Below, piece after piece: positions 63,275-64,000 of a DNA stretch of 64,000 nt; the first letter of the stretch is position 1, and every line of letters begins with the position of its first letter. The DNA comes from Octopus sinensis. Its lineage: Eukaryota. The translations under genes and the position numbers were made by a program. The DNA lies in contig NC_042998.1 in assembly GCF_006345805.1 (NCBI RefSeq), positions 70,990,001 through 71,054,000 on the forward strand, given 5' to 3'. Under the pieces are notes generated by a model. The model made no database searches, had not been told where the DNA came from, and saw nothing but the letters and a program-made list of their open reading frames with translations.

Positions 63275-63523
63275 TTAGTATGGAAAAGAGTTAAATTTTG
63301 AAAAAATTAAAAGAAAAGTTTTTTGAAAGAATATTTGCATAGTATTCAAATACAAGGAGTATTTTCCTTGTTTATACCTGTCTCTGTCTCCCCTGTTTAC
63401 TCTTGTGGGTTCGAGGTCGTTGTGGATTCGAAATCCCCAAAATAAACAAGAGAAACAGAGACAAGCAAAAACAAGGAAAATACCCCTTGTATTTGAATAC
63501 AATTCAGTTCTTTTCCATACTTA

Positions 63524-63559
63524 AAGTTAAAAATGTCTCAATGACTGAAACCGATACAG
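63524..63559 (+). ncRNA. Degenerate HHR (mirror arm)
   Basis: AAG / UUAAAAA (G5A) / UGUC-UCAAU-GACU / GAAA / CCGA / UA / CAG. Confidence 0.4.
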
Positions 63560-64000
63560 AAATGTCTTTTATAAAATTATTTTAGCATCTTCAACCTTGA
63601 CTTTTTCCCCATTCATATCAACTCATGTGTTCCTTTTCAATGTATATATATGTATATATATATACATGTATATATATGTATATATACATATATTGTTATG
63701 AAACTATTTATGTATAGATGCAGGTTTGAACATACGTATTCACCATCGAAAGTTACTATACCTTTGCAAGTGTAAATATGTGTGTTTCGATCGTATATGC
63801 ACGTGTGAACATTTCATGTGTTCGTATTTTAATAAGTGTGAATATGTACTTACTGAGGTCATAAATTCTCGATTGCATGCAGGATCTTATGTACATATGC
63901 AAGCATATACACCTTAGTTATAGATATGTGTATATATGAATATTATATTATAGAGATATGGGTGTGCATCTCTATGTGCATCGGTGGAAGATAATCGGTG

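Larger units (their letters stand above)
63192..63607. mobile_element. Fold-back element with twin outward-facing HHRs (family of 588-811)
   Basis: gaaaaagtcaaggt (63192) pairs with accttgactttttc (63607); diverged arms, about 40-bp spacer, the right arm has an internal deletion. Confidence 0.85.

Overview
AT-rich, microsatellite-saturated eukaryotic genomic DNA. The SINE families and repeat profile resemble octopus DNA; this is an inference from recall, with no database search. There are no rRNA or true tRNA genes, no CRISPR and no long intact ORF; nearly all ORFs in the supplied track are translations of simple repeats or transposon debris. The window is mostly decayed mobile elements. These are Tc1/mariner transposons (one full-length with TIRs, one nested in an RTE LINE), MITEs, several tRNA-derived SINE families, RTE, CR1/L2-like and R4/Dong-like LINE remnants, and Penelope-like elements (PLEs) of two types. 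A few short phase-compatible + strand exons of an unidentified host gene are also present (best: 31176-31726 and 37151-37225). The main unexpected signal is a dense, diverse set of type I hammerhead ribozyme (HHR) motifs, about 18 intact or degenerate copies from several families, most with a self-complementary helix III typical of dimer-cleaving HHRs. Many carry a covaried U3-A8 core (UUGANAA) instead of C3-G8 (CUGANGA). They occur in three layouts: (i) single copies; (ii) fold-back elements with twin outward-facing HHRs, one of which still encloses a GIY-YIG PLE remnant; (iii) a three-unit head-to-tail array of about 555 bp with one HHR per unit, resembling a retrozyme. All ribozyme calls come from base-pairing by eye and no activity is demonstrated. 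Single-base dropouts in homopolymers and microsatellites suggest some assembly noise.
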